Of a stretch of 64,000 nucleotides of DNA, positions 23,178-46,402 are shown piece by piece. The DNA is from the human T2T-CHM13v2.0 reference genome, Homo sapiens. Each line of letters starts with the position of its first letter. Within the stretch, counting starts at the first letter, position 1. The stretch is taken from NCBI RefSeq assembly GCF_009914755.1, contig NC_060941.1; one strand, 5' to 3'. The notes under the pieces are model-generated. The model searched no databases. It saw only the letters and a list, made by a program, of their open reading frames with translations, and was not told the origin of the DNA. The position numbers and the translations under genes are program-made.

Positions 23178-23601
23178 ACTTTAGCCTGAGCCTGAGGGGG
23201 CTGCTGACTGGCTTGGCCCCACCACAGCAACTTGGACAGACCTGGGCCAGGCAGGCACATTCACACGTAAACAAATCTCTAGCCAACTCCTGGCTGAGCA
23301 TCAGGGGAAAGGGAAAGGTGATGTCTGTCTCAGCTCTCAATCACCGCACAAAGAAGTTAACAAAACCAAGAAAAGTTAAATGGGCTCAGTTCTCTTTACA
23401 TATATTGTCTAATTTATGTTCCTCCTAAGGACCCTAGGAGTGCTGTTTTATTGTCTCCACCTGACAGATAAGGAAATGGCAGCTGACCCAGGTCAAGGAA
23501 GTTCCTGAGGTCCCAGGGCTGATAAGCGGCCTGACTCCACCACCAGCCCCCAGGAGGAAGCCAACCCCAGCCCTAGGAAAACCCGATTCCTGAGTGAGTG
23601 C

Positions 23602-24428
23602 TGTAAACCAAAAATAAAATTCTAAGCTCCCCAACTGCCTGAATGGGCCCCCCTTGGCCAAAGGGATTTCAAAAAAACTGAAAACTGAGTTCAGGCCATG
23701 ACACGAAGTGGGGCGTGGGCCATGCCTCATCCTAGCCTCTCCCTTTTGGAGCTTAGACACAACTGACCAGCATTAACATTAAAACAGACTCCTAAGACTG
23801 ACAGAACAGACTCTCAGCAATTAAGATACCAACTCCAACCTGACTGGTCTAACATCACATGGGAGATAACAGGCCCTAAGGAAATCAAAGTATCTTACCC
23901 CCAAGTATATTTTTGACATAGTTTGGAATGGCCCTGCAAAGCCATCTCTTGTTGGGAAAATTTATGTCCTGCAGAGATTCCCTTCCCTTTCTAGGCCTTT
24001 TCCTGATTTAGAGGAGATTTAACTAAGAGTCTGACACCTTAGAGACATTTACCATCTATTCTCTTGAAGGCTTCATCTACGTTACATGAACCTTGGCTTT
24101 CACAACCCACCTTATCTTAACCCCAAGCTTTTCTTCTGCTGACTTTTAACTCTTTAGGCAAAGTTTAACTTTTTCAGCCAATTGCCAATCAGGAAAATCT
24201 TTTAATCCACCTTACCCTGTCCCCACCAATGTATACCTTACATATATCAATTTATGTCTTTGCCTGTAACTTCTGCCTGTAACTTGGATAAAAATCAAGC
24301 TGTACCCCAATCACCTTGGGCACATGTTCTCAGGACCTCCCAGGACTATGTCACAGGTCATGGCCCTCACATTTGGCTCAGAATAAACCTCTTCGAATAT
24401 TTAACAGAGTTTGGCTTTTTCATCAACA
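23602..24428 (+). mobile_element. Solo ERV1 LTR, MER4 family (MER4D/E-like)
   Basis: TG...CA termini, 4-bp TSD GTGC on both sides, MER4-type start TGTAAACCAAAAATAAAATTCTAAG, AATAAA near the 3' end. Confidence 0.85.
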
Positions 24429-25331
24429 GTGCCATCACCTCAGAGCTAGGATTCCAGGGGTGGTCTGGGAAGACCCTTTCGCTGGGGGCCGGGAACAGGG
24501 GGTGCAGGGGAACATTAAGGCCAGTGTGGCAGGAAAGGTTTCCTGGACAGCCCTGGAGCAGCATGAGGTTTGGAAAGCAGACAGGCAGGCTGGCCCTAAA
24601 TGGTGGAAGGTGCTCTGATTGGATCTCTGGCTTCTGGGGATAGCAGAGGGCAAACAGGACACAGGGAGTCAGGACCCAGAGCCAACCTCCCTAAGTCAGG
24701 TCCCTCAGGAGGAAGCAGGCATGTATGGAGGATGGTTCCTGCAGACCCAGTAACAGGCCGGGTGCTGCAGATGGCCAGAAGAGCCCTCAGTCCTGACTAC
24801 AGCCCCATCTGACTGCCTCACCCTTCACCATAGTCTGCTCCCAGCTACCCAGGGATTCTCAGAGCCCTCCTCTGGAGACCAGTTCCACATTCTGGCCACG
24901 GGGTGACAGGAAAAGGGGGTTGTATGCTGCAGTGACTCTGCATCTAGGGTCACTTCCAGAAACAGGCCTGGTCTTGAGGTCAGGCTCCATCAAGGCTACC
25001 CTTTTGCAGCTCAGCAGGCCACGTCCAGCTTCTCTGGCTCCGAAACCCTGGGCTCCAATCCCAGTCCACAATTTCCAGTGGCCTGAGGCCCTCAGGCCCA
25101 CCCTTCTAGAGAGAGCCCGAAGCCCCAAAGTTGCCCTTCCCTTAACCAGCTACAGGGCCGGGACCCTAAGGACTTAGACCCAATAATTTGAATTATAGCC
25201 CAGGCCCATTAAGACCTCATTAACTAATTAGCTGAGAGTGATAGAGTATTCACAGAGTATTCACTGGGAGGAGCAGGCCATTGGTAAGTGAGTGCTCTGG
25301 CCAAGTAACAGTATGCTAAGAAGACAAAATA

Positions 25332-26436
<1,105 letters not shown>

Positions 26437-28468
26437 TCACAAGACAGGACTGAGCCTCTGGGGTTCCAGCCACAATGCAGGACACCTCTGTTTGTAGGCA
26501 GCCATAGCACCCCACCTATCTGTATCTGTTCCATCATGCTCAGGGAGGCAGGGCTCAGATGGTCAGTGACATAAGAACTCACGGCGGGAATCAGAAGGAG
26601 GCTTTGTGTCTCTTGACTGTGGGGACAGTACTGCGTCACCCACCCTGGTGGCCCAGATTCTGAATCTACCATCCTATGGAACTGGTTCCACTTTCTGTCC
26701 TCAAAACGCTCTTCATTGACACAAAGAACCAAAGTGAAGAGAGGTGTGGCTTCAAGGAGACCTACCTGAAGGGAGTGAGGCAAAGCTGGGCAACAGTACC
26801 AAAGGGCTCTTGAACATGACGGGTGAAATCTTAGCAGGGGAAAGGTGACTGGTGCCATTTAGGAAGCCCCAAACCACACCAAGTCTACTGCCACCCTGTG
26901 TATTCATTCGCCTTCACATAGCTCTCCAGAGTGCAGAAAGCAAGCTTCTCTGATGTCCCTCTCTAACCTCATTTAATTCTCACAGCAATCCCGTGAGAGA
27001 GTGATTATCCCTGTTTTACAGAGGACAAAACTGAGGCTCAGTAGCAATGGGTCTCGGGTAAGGGACAGAACTCTCTGGTTTCTTCATCCCAACTCCTGCA
27101 TCTTTCCCTGGACCAAAAGGCCTCAGGTCTTTGGCTCAAATTCAGACAAACTATTACTTCTTCTTTAGAGGTACTCGGAAGCTCCATTTCATCACAGAAG
27201 GTCTGAAACCAACAAGAAACAGTTCTGCCAATCAGGTTTATAGCCCCAACCAGCTGAGACCAGGTCCTACCAATGCTCCTAAAGTCTCAGAGCTATACTT
27301 TCTTAAATGTTCCAACATAGTTAGGAAGGAACAGTTCCGGTTGGTTTCCTGCATTATACTGCCTGGCCTTCTCTATATGTCCAATTTCACTTCCTCCAGA
27401 GATCAAGGAAGCAAAAAAAGAGAATGACTTGGATGAGACTTACGTTAAAAGAAGAAAGGGATAACCTGGTTCCACCACTCTCAAAACACTCCACCATCAG
27501 TGAACAGCAACCTCTTCTCTTGAGGGACTCCTCAGCCACTCCCCACGGCCTTCTCTCCACTGCCTGAATTGTGTAACTGGCTGTTCAGAGCCACAGCCTG
27601 GCTTTAAGCCATCCAACTGCTGTACCAATTGATGAGTCATGTTTTTTCAATTGGAAAAGAATGACAAAGTTATCCTCTGATTCAGAAAGGCAGCTGATCT
27701 TTCAGGCATGTGAGTGCTGACTGAGGAAACTGCACCTCTGTCCACCTGAGGAAAGCTGGATTTCTGTGATGGGTGGAGTGGTGGGGGTTGGAGCTTTGAA
27801 GCAATTAAATACCAGATGAAGGGTGAGAAACTTTTAGCTTGTGATTCCCAGACTCAGGGCTAGTGGATGAGGGCAGAATTGTGGAGTCAGTGAACACTAG
27901 CTATCTTTCTTTCCTCCCTCCTTCCTTCCATCCAGTATCACCCAGCTTTCCTGTATTCTTGTCCCATATCCCAGAGGATTCTAACAAGGACCAAACTCTG
28001 AATGAATGAAAACAGGACCGTTGCCTGACCCATTCACCACTGTATTTCTAGTACCTGGAACAGTGTTTGTCACACACTGGTGCTCAAAAAATAAGCTGTT
28101 GAATGAATTGATTAATAAAATAAAAACAAGGCACGGGGTAAGTACCTCCACTTCACACACTGTGGGAAGTTGGGGTATACAACTCTTAAGTGCTGGGGCA
28201 ACTGTGGAGCTCCTGTCATTAAGCCAAGCTGCCAATAAGGCTGAAAACAACTTAAATATACTGCATATTAATGGGAGGACATTGAAGGTAAACAGCATTC
28301 ACTTTTCAAAGGAATACGACTATAAGTGGCAAGCAGAGACAGTGTTCTTTGGGGCCCTTTAAAACTGCAATCAGCCAGGTGCGGCGGCTCACGCCCGTAA
28401 TCCCAGCACTTTGGGAGGCCGAGGTGGGTGGATCACCTGAGGTCGGGAGTTGGAGACCAGCCTGATCA

Positions 28469-28717
<249 letters not shown>

Positions 28718-30049
28718 TCAGGATTCAGAGAAAATGTGTACCAAAAAGCCCCCAGGAAACTATAAATGCTGAGCATGGGACTTGGGTGCCTCTGGAATGT
28801 CCTTCTGCCTCAGCTACTCTGAGATAACATGGTTCCCTGTGTTCATGGAACCCAGATGGCCAAAAGTCAATGATCCAGCACTTAAAAGAAAAGAAAGCGA
28901 TTCAAGAGCCTCTGTACCCACCTAGGCCTCAGCCTCCCCAGGACCTACTCACCTATACTCTTCACAACAGGTAACGTTGCCTCTGGCACCCATCATATCC
29001 CCTGAATTCAGCATCAGGACTGATCTGCCATCAGCTCTGGCAGGGAGAGGCCCTTACAAGTGCCAAGAAAAGGAACACGAACAATATTCTGTGACCACAG
29101 CCAACACCACACAGAACTTCCCAGAAGCTCTCCAGGGCGAGAACACCAACCAGAAGGAAGTGACAGCTTCCATCATTCTGTGCTAAGTGAGCTGAGTGAG
29201 TGGCCGTCTCTCACCTTCCAGATATTTGAATGATACCTACCATTCCAGCAGCCAGCACAAGTCATTTAATATGAATGCCAAAAACACAATCCCTGAGGAC
29301 AGGTGCAGGAGACCAGATGCCAGGAAAAACCCCGGCCCCACCCAAGAGTTGGGGAGAGCCCACTGCTCCTCCACCCTTATTTACCACCTGAGCCCCTGCA
29401 CCCGCCAATCATGCTGCTCAGTCTGTAACTGCGGGTCTGAGTGAGCACCTACATTTGGCTGTTGAGGGGCAGCTGGTGGAGTTGGCAGGCGACTCTGCAC
29501 TAAGTTCTCAGGTTGAATGGGAGTTGGGTCGAGGGAAGCAATGGACGCAGAGTTGGGGTGAAGAGTTGCGGTGGGTCAGCGGGGGTGAAAGGACATGGAG
29601 ATGTCATTTTTAACAAGATTGGGTGAGGGTGGTAGGAAAGGAGGCAGCAAGAGTTCGGGACAGTTTGGCAAAGACTTAGGGATGGGCTGTCCTCAGTACG
29701 GCAGGAGACGCAAAGGAAGGTATACAGTGGCTAGGAGACTAAGGACGAGAAGACACAGTTAAGACTTGGAATAAGGCTGAGATCGGAGTTATCCAGAAGA
29801 AAGCGGTGAGCTCAACAGGGCACCTACTTTGGGGGTGGGTCTTAGATGAGAGGGCGGAGGTAGAATGTTTGGGATGAGCAGATCTTGGGGAGCTGGACGG
29901 GGGATGGGGGTGACTGGGATAAGAAAGCTGAGCCAGAAAAGGGGAAACCTGAATGGTGGGTCTCGGGGAGGTAAGCGCGGAGCATCGGGATTACCAGAGG
30001 GGTGGGGAGAGAGGATGAGGTGTGTCAGGGCGGGGCGAAGGGACGTGGC

Positions 30050-30760
30050 CGAGATCGGTGTTGGAACTGGGGTAAAGTGGGGTCACGAGTGAAGCTGCAT
30101 TTAAGCAAGACCGCTGGTGAGGGGATGCGGGCGCGGGCTGGGGGCTGGACAGACGGAGGGGACGGGGCCACAGCGGCGGTGCAGGGGGAAGGCTGGGTCG
30201 GAGAGGAGCGGGCGCGGGCTGGACAGGGCTGAGGGCCCTGAAGCCGGGCAGTCTCAGGGTAACCAGGGGCTGGGAATCGCGGAGGGAGCGGGAGGCCCAC
30301 CGCCCGTTCGCGCCTCGGCCCTCCCACCACTCCGCCGCCCTCCTCGCATCTTGACCCCCTAACTCACCAAGCGGAGCGAGGAGCGAGGCGAGGGGCGCTC
30401 CCGGCCGCGGCAGCCCCTCAGCCTCCGAGCCGACGATGCGGTCTCTCGGCCACTGACAACAGGAAGCGGCGCCCCGGCCCCTGACGCCATCACGTTGGCT
30501 CGGCGCTCCGGCCCTGCCCCGGCCCGCGGTGCCAATCGCGCAGCCCGAAGGAGCCTTGGGGCGGGGCCAGCTGCTCCCGGAAGTCCCTGGGAGCTGAGCC
30601 CCGGGGCAGATGCGAGGTCTGGGAGGCTGGGGAACTGGGGGCGCCTGCAGGGCGCAGAGAGGCGAAGGCACCGGTGTCAGGGAGAACGCATCCGTTACCG
30701 CCCGCCTCCCGCAGGTCTGCGTCAAACTAGATCCTGGCTTCTGGGTTCCTGACCTCGTTT
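30050..30760. promoter_or_regulatory. CpG-island promoter of PLEKHM1
   Basis: Very GC/CpG-rich; CCAAT ~30532, GC box GGGGCGGGG ~30557, ETS CCGGAAGT ~30577, CRE/YY1-like TGACGCCAT ~30482. Confidence 0.85.
30368..30500 (-). other. PLEKHM1: PLEKHM1 non-coding exon 1 (5' end/TSS approximate)
   Basis: Strong minus-strand donor G|GTGAGT (plus-strand 'actcac' ending 30367) inside a CpG island, upstream of the ATG-containing exon. Confidence 0.8.
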
Positions 30761-31084
30761 GGCCTCAGAACCATCTGTGCAACATTGGGGCTGTCACTTC
30801 GCCTCCCTCAGCTGAAGAGTTCCCACTTGTGAGTGGGACTAATAACGCCTGCCCTATCTTTGCCTCTCCGAGGGCAGCAGTGCAGCCCGTGGGGCGGAGC
30901 CCGGGCCCAAATTGGAGCCTCCGCCTTGCGCTTTCAGGATAAACATAGCTGTTTTGACCACACTTTATCCCAAGGGAACGCCTTGAGGTCCCCTTGGGCA
31001 CTCTCCCGTGTGTAACTCGCCCATTAGCACCGCCTGGCTTGAAGCTTAGGGGTCTGGTTATTCTCTTCTAGCCCGTGTAGAGGA

Positions 31085-39075
<7,991 letters not shown>

Positions 39076-40648
39076 CCTAAGTTTATATGTAAATAGCCAT
39101 ATGTGGCTAGTGGCTACTGTATCAGACCTCACAGTTCTGTACAGATAACGCACAGTGCACAGTAGCATACTATACACGCCCTACTAAATCTTGCTTTGTT
39201 CCCTTAACAGCACCTATGCATCTTGGAGATAGATTGTCCCAGTCTGCCTCATTTTTAAAAACTGCTGCATAATATCCTCTTGTAATCCACAAAGGCAATC
39301 CCAGACCCAGCCTGGGGGGCCATGGGTCATCACTTTTTACAACAAGCTCTAAAATCTTCCACATATACCATAATCAAGGCACTTCAGAACAACCCTAGGT
39401 TCCTCATGCCTCTACTTTTATTAGCCTGGGCCTGACATAGTTGGACATTGAATAGTCACTTCTGGGGGCTGGTGGAAATAATTTACCATGAGTGACTGCC
39501 CTAAAATATACTCTCCACCCACGTGGCCCGTGCCTGGCATTCACTAGTGCTGGTGGCATTCTTTAAGGTTGCTCATATCTCTAAGTGGTTCTCCTTTAAA
39601 GAGCAAAGTCTCCTGGGAAAGGTGGTCATTAAGCAGAACATCTGGGGCTCATCTTGCTTTTGCCCTGTTGAGAGGGGCCAAGGGACTTGGTAGAGCAGCA
39701 GGGGCTCTGACGGTGAACCTCATTGTTTTTAAAATTATTCTTAAGAGGCCAGGTGCGTTGGCTCACACCTGTAGTCCCAGGACTTTGAGAAGCAGAGGCA
39801 GGAGGATCGTTTGAGTCCAGGAGTTCAAGATTAGACTGAGCAACACGGGGAGACCTCATCTCTACAAAAAATTTAAAAGAAAATTAATTGGGCATCATGG
39901 CACGAGCCTGTGGTTCCCGCTACTTGGGAGGCTGAGGTGGGAGGATCACCTGAGCCCAGGAGGTTGAGTCTTGCAGTGAGCTGAGTTCACACCACTGTAC
40001 TCGAGCCTTGATGACAGAATGAGACTGTCTCAAAAAAAAAAAAATGTCCTTAAGTCCATGTGGACCCCTGACTAGGTTTGTGCCCTAGACAGCCGTCCTC
40101 TGAGGGCAATTCAGGTGGTGAGACTCCAGGTTTAAATGGCCTCCACAGAAATTTCACTAACCTGCCTTGGTGTTTGACCCTGTATAACCCCTTTCTTCTG
40201 GAGGTCCCTTTGGGTGGCAGTAGATACAGGATTTGGTGTCTGACAGCTCTGGGGACAGATCCCAGCTCCAAATGGCAGAGTCTCTACAGATTACAAGCCA
40301 AATACTTAGCACTATGTGCTGATCTTCAGGAAGTCAGTCTATATTTCATAACAAGTCACATGGGGATAATGAAGGAATGGCCTAAAATGCTCTCAGTAAT
40401 ATTCCTGAGTCATCCCTCAGGGCTGGGCTTGGTGTTATGCATGGCGGGGAAGGGAGCAGAGCTGTGTGCAGAGGAAGATGCAGTTCTTGCCTTGTCAGGA
40501 TCCCTGACCTGATGGCGACCCATGGTGGAGTCTTCATAGTGACAGACACCACTGTAAAAGCAGATCCAGGTTGTGCAACCCTCAAAGCAGGTCTCCTCAC
40601 TCACCGGGATAGATAGACTATTGGCCGTACCTGCATCCACCGCTTGCC

Positions 40649-40984
40649 ATGGTTTCGTTGTGGGTGGAGGATACTTTCCTGTCCCCTGGCTTTGGGTTTG
40701 CCCACGTGGCTTGCTCTGGCCTTGGAATGAAGCAGAAACGAAAGGCTGCCAGTTCCGAGCCCACGTCTGAAGTCGCCTTAGGTGGTTCCGCGGGCCCCGT
40801 GCGCTCCCACCTTCACCCAGAGGGCCTTCTCTGGTGCAGCCGCTGCTTCTTCAGCCTCCGCCCAAAAGGAACGGAGCCCCCTGGCCGATCCGCAGGCCTA
40901 CAGGGAGCCACAGAGCGCAGCGGCTGGACCAGCATTCAAGCCCAAGCACAGGCCTGCGAGAACCTTGTTCGAGCCGCCGTTTAG
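40649..40984 (+). pseudogene. FAM215A/B (APR-2)-like single-exon ORF paralog
   Basis: MVSLWVEDTFLSPGFGFAHVACSG...QAQAQACENLV closely resembles recalled FAM215A; TAG replaces the Trp codon of the terminal VWDG (GTT TAG GAT GGT TGA). Confidence 0.7.
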
Positions 40985-41650
40985 GATGGTTGATTAGGAC
41001 GCGTTGCAGTGGCGGTAGCTCACCAATCCAGTGCGTGCACCCGCTCCTTTATTAGGCTAAAGAACCAGTGGCTCCCACAGGGACCTGATACAACAGTGCG
41101 TTAAATAAGGAGCTTATTGAGCTCTCATGTCCTAAGTCAGTGGAGAAGTCCAGGGCTAGTGTGGGGGCTCCGGCGGGGGCTGTGGCCCCCATCCGCATGG
41201 AGCCTCCCCATGGTTCACAGGTCTCAGTCTTCGGAGCCTTCGGCCCTGCGAGCCCGAACGGTCCACAGGGCGGCGCCAGACCCTCTTTCGAACGCCATCC
41301 TCTTAAAGCCTCGGCTCCAACCGGTTCCACTTCTTCAGGCTCAGGATTTTCACTCTTCTCGAATGGGGGTGGCCCTCCCCCAATCTTCTGAGTCGCAACA
41401 GCATCTCCCTCCCTCCAGGACCTCAGAGCCAGAGCTGGGCGAGAGGCCCTAACCTCCGGGGTAGGGTGGAAGCGTCCCTGTGAAGGTGCAGTCCTGCCTC
41501 CCATCCCCAGGCGCCGGGCCTCTCCCACCCTCAGCGCCCTGCTCACCTCCAGCTGAAGATGCCAGGGCACCTCTGCTTCCTCCCTGCCCTCTCTGCAGTA
41601 CCGCCGAGTGTGCATAAAAGGGTTTAATATAGGCTTTGCCGGGCGCGGGG
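40760..41650. promoter_or_regulatory. CpG-rich segment of the LRRC37A duplicon (possible promoter/enhancer)
   Basis: Elevated CpG/GC content, CCAAT at ~41023. Confidence 0.45.
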
Positions 41651-41996
41651 ACTCCCACCTGTAATCCCAGTACGTTGAGAGACCAAGGCGGGAGGATCAC
41701 TTGAGGCCAGGAGTTCAAAAGCAGCCTGGGCAACAAAGTGAGGCCTGTGGAAAAAAAAAAAAAAAAAAAAAAAAAAAGAATAAAAGAGGTCCCTTTTTCT
41801 GGGAGATTGATATAGGGGAGTGTGAGTTAGAAGGGAGGCATTGAGGATCAGTCATTTAAAGCAGCATCCAAGGATGTTCAAGGCTAGAGATCCACAGGTG
41901 TATTTTCAGAAACTGAATTTCCTGGCGGGGCACAGTGACTCATGCCTGTAATCCTAGCACTTTGGGAGGCCAAGGTGAGCAGATCACTTGAGGTCA

Positions 41997-42597
<601 letters not shown>

Positions 42598-42926
42598 TCA
42601 ATGAGGGCTAAGTTTTCTCCAATACTATATGGCCTGCAGACCGCTCAGCTTTCATTCCAGTGAAAACATTCCAGAAAAAACTCTGAATCAATCCCAGGTG
42701 TTTCTCCAATCAGCTCAGGATGATTGTGTGTTACCTGCTGCCCAGCTAGTGACACCTCTCCAGGCCTCTGACTTAGCTAGGTCTCCATGTCACTCCACCG
42801 TAGACTCCCCGCCTTCTTCTTTTGCAAAGCCTCGGACACCCAAACACCTACCAAAAGTGGGTAGGGTGCCAGGACACCTCCAAGTGTAAGTGGGGCTCTC
42901 CAGCACACCTGGATGTGGAGGTGTGA

Positions 42927-43250
<324 letters not shown>

Positions 43251-43383
43251 CCTGAAAGCCAGTGGTGCAACCCCTTCCCCACAACCTTCACCACCTCTAG
43301 CCCCTCCAGTGATAAGCACTAATTGCCTATATACAACCCTTTTTTGTTTGAAATATCTAATTTCTGTTTTCCTATCTGGGGTA

Positions 43384-44490
43384 GTGTAACATAAGAAGAA
43401 ATATATATTTGGTCTCTGCCCCCAGTTCCTACCACAAAGCTCCTAAAACCCTTGGAAATTCCTGAATGATGGCGGTGCTAAGAGCATTGTCCTTTGTTAG
43501 TTTATCATTTTTCTTTTCTCCTAGGTGTTTTTTCCTTTTTAAACTTTTCTTTTAGGTTAGGGGGTACATATGCACGTTCGTTATATAGCTAAACTTGTGT
43601 CATGGGGGTTTGTTGTACAGATTATTTCATCACCCAGGTACCAAGCCTAGTACCCAATAGTTTTTTCTGCTCCTCTCCCTCCTCCCACCCTACACCCTCA
43701 GGTAGGGCCCAGTGTCTGTTGTTTATGAGTTCTCATCATTTTGCTCCCACTTACAAGAACATGCAGTATTTGGTTTTCTGTTCCTGTCTTAGTTTGCTGA
43801 GGATAATGGCCTCTAGCTCCATCTGTGTTCCTGCAAAAGACATGATCTCGCTGTTTTTTATGGTTGCACATCTTTTGTTCTAACATTTGGTCCTTAAACC
43901 TGGTTCCTGATACAGAGCTCCTAAATCCCTTGGAATTTTCTGGGTGATAGAAGCGTCCTTTGTTCTCATGAGGTGACTCTTGGTGGGCTCCTTATTTGGG
44001 GACTGGTCACCAAAAAGACCTATGGTTGGAAGCGTTGTGCTGTCAGCCCCATTCCCCATCCTCTGGCGTGGGGAATGGAGCTGGAGCTCAATCATGCCTA
44101 CGTGATAAAGCCTCCAGAAAACTCCTTAAAAGACAGGACTTGGAGAGCTTCCGGGTTGGCGAACACATCCATGTTCCAGGAGAGTGGTGCACCCCAACTC
44201 CACAAGGACCCTTCCAGACCTCACCCTGTGTATCTCTTCATCTGGCTTCATCATTTGTGTCCTTTAAAATATCCTTTGTAATAAATCAGCACTAGTAAGA
44301 AAACTGTTTTCCTGGGTTCCATGAGCTGTTCTAGCAAATGTTCAAACCTGAGGAGGGAGTTGTGGGGACCTCCAATTTACAGCCAGTTGGTCAGATGCAT
44401 AGGAGATGCTTGGCCTTGCACCTGGGGTCTGACATGGGGATGGTCCTGTGTGACTGAGCCCTTAACCTGTGGAGTCTGGTGCTCACTCTG
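43384..44490 (+). mobile_element. MER21-family LTR interrupted by an L1 3' end
   Basis: MER21B-like start (AAGAAATATATATTTGGTCTCTGCCCC...CTCCTAAAACCCTTGG); LTR sequence resumes at ~43869. Confidence 0.7.
43530..43868 (-). mobile_element. Truncated older L1PA 3' end inside MER21
   Basis: Typical L1PA 3'UTR reverse complement (GGGGTACATATGCA...TTGTTGTACAGATTATTTCATCACCCAGG). Confidence 0.8.
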
Positions 44491-44910
44491 CTTAGGGCTT
44501 CTCTGCCTTTTTAGTGTCCTTCTAGAAGGCCTTTCCTTCCTCTTGTCAGCTCAGAAAACTTTTCTTCCACTTCCCTTCTTCTAAACCATCCCTTACATCT
44601 ACTCCTTTCCAGTCGACCAAGAGCAGAACCACGGCTGGCTCCACTGCCACCATGCTGTCCCACACTGTCTCCTCAGGATGTATTCAGATGTCCAGCCCTC
44701 CCCCCAGTCTAGGAGCCCCCCCTTTGAGGAAAGGGATGCTGGCCTAGTCAACTCTTTCCCAGCACCAGGCACAGCATCTGGCACGTTCCATCTTTTTCGT
44801 GGACTCCCCCCAGGCGGCCTGACCTTCCCTCCTCTGAACCGGTGCATTTCTTGTCTGCATCATGTTTGCCCTAATCAGATATCGCCTTATTTCCATCTTT
44901 TAAAAAATGC

Positions 44911-44916
44911 TTTATT
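44911..44916 (-). terminator. Candidate poly(A) signal for the LRRC37A4P 3' end
   Basis: AATAAA on the minus strand, within sequence resembling the recalled distal LRRC37A 3'UTR. Confidence 0.35.
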
Positions 44917-46279
44917 TCTCTGGCAGGCTTCATCGGAATCACAATTTTCATTCATTTAGTAACTGTTGGCCTTGTATCCACCCCTCTCTGGCACTCAGGT
45001 CTCACTTAAGAGCTGGCTGTCTGAGCTGTGATTTGCGATCAGTGAGATGGAGACAGAGGCAGCCCTAGGCAGTCATGTTTTGTTCCACCTGACCCTGGGC
45101 GCCACTCCCCCTCCCAGGCTACAGGCAGGCATGGGCACCAGCCAGGGAGAGACAGCTCATCCATACTCTGGCCCAGCAGAAACTCTGGGCTTAGACAAAA
45201 CTGCTCAATTGAGGACAAACTGGGCAAAGTAGAATCTTTCTTTGGGAGTTTTTAGAAATATGGTGGGGTGGCATTTGGGAATAATAAGAATAGTAGCTGG
45301 GCATGGTGGTACGTGCCTGTAGACCCCCAGCTCTGGAGGCTGAGGTAGGAGGATCTTTGGAGCCCAAGAGCTTGAGGCAGCAGTGAGCTATGAAGGCACC
45401 ACTGCACTCCAGCCTGGGTGACAGATCAAGACCCTGTCTGAAAAAAAAAATGTACACATTTGAGATGCATAAAATTTTCTTGTTATATAAAAAAATTATA
45501 AGCATCGAAATGCGAAATTATGTAAATATGCCAAAATAGAAACCTGGAGGTGCTTGGAATCCAGACTTTGAGAGCCCAGCAGTGGAAGGATCTCTAGTGT
45601 TGGCTTTTTTTTTTTTTTGAGATGGAATCTCGCTCTGTTGCCCAGGCTAGTGTGCAGTGGCCCATTATAAGCTCACTGCAAGCTCCGCCTCCCAGGTTCA
45701 AGCAATTCTCCCTCCCTCAGCTTCCTGAGTAACTGGGATTACAGGCGTGCATCACCACCCCCAGCTAATTTTTGTAATTTTTAGTAGAGACAGGGTTTTG
45801 CCATATTGGCCGGGGTGGTCTTGAACTCCTGCCTCAGGTGGTCCACCTACCTCAGCCTCCCAAAGTGCTGGGATTACAAGCATGAGTCACTGCAACCGGC
45901 CTTGTCTTGGCTTCTTCTCAGCTCCCTGCTTATGTCCAACACTCACCCCTATTAGAGCTGGTGTGGGGAGCTTCTGTTCTGATGACTTAACAGTGTAATT
46001 ATAGTGCTTAGCGCTGTACCTGGACCACAGCTGGTGCCAATAAACAGGAGCTGCCATCCATCTGCATGTTATTGTTATATTAACTCTTTGATGGCAACCA
46101 TGGCTTATCCCCCCATCTCCCCATGCCCTACAGCAGGGCAGTAGAATGGTTAAGAGGCTTTGAAGTCTAACAGTGCTAGCTTAAAACCCTAATTTGTTGC
46201 TTTGTATGTGTGGCTTTGGACACTTTGGGCAGGTCACCTTCGTTCTTCGAGCCCTGTATCCTTATCTGTCAGATGATGA

Positions 46280-46402
<123 letters not shown>

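Noticed and set aside
29991-30942. 244-aa and other overlapping Pro/Arg/Gly-rich ORFs
   Set aside because: Expected from stop-codon depletion in a CpG island; no recognisable domain
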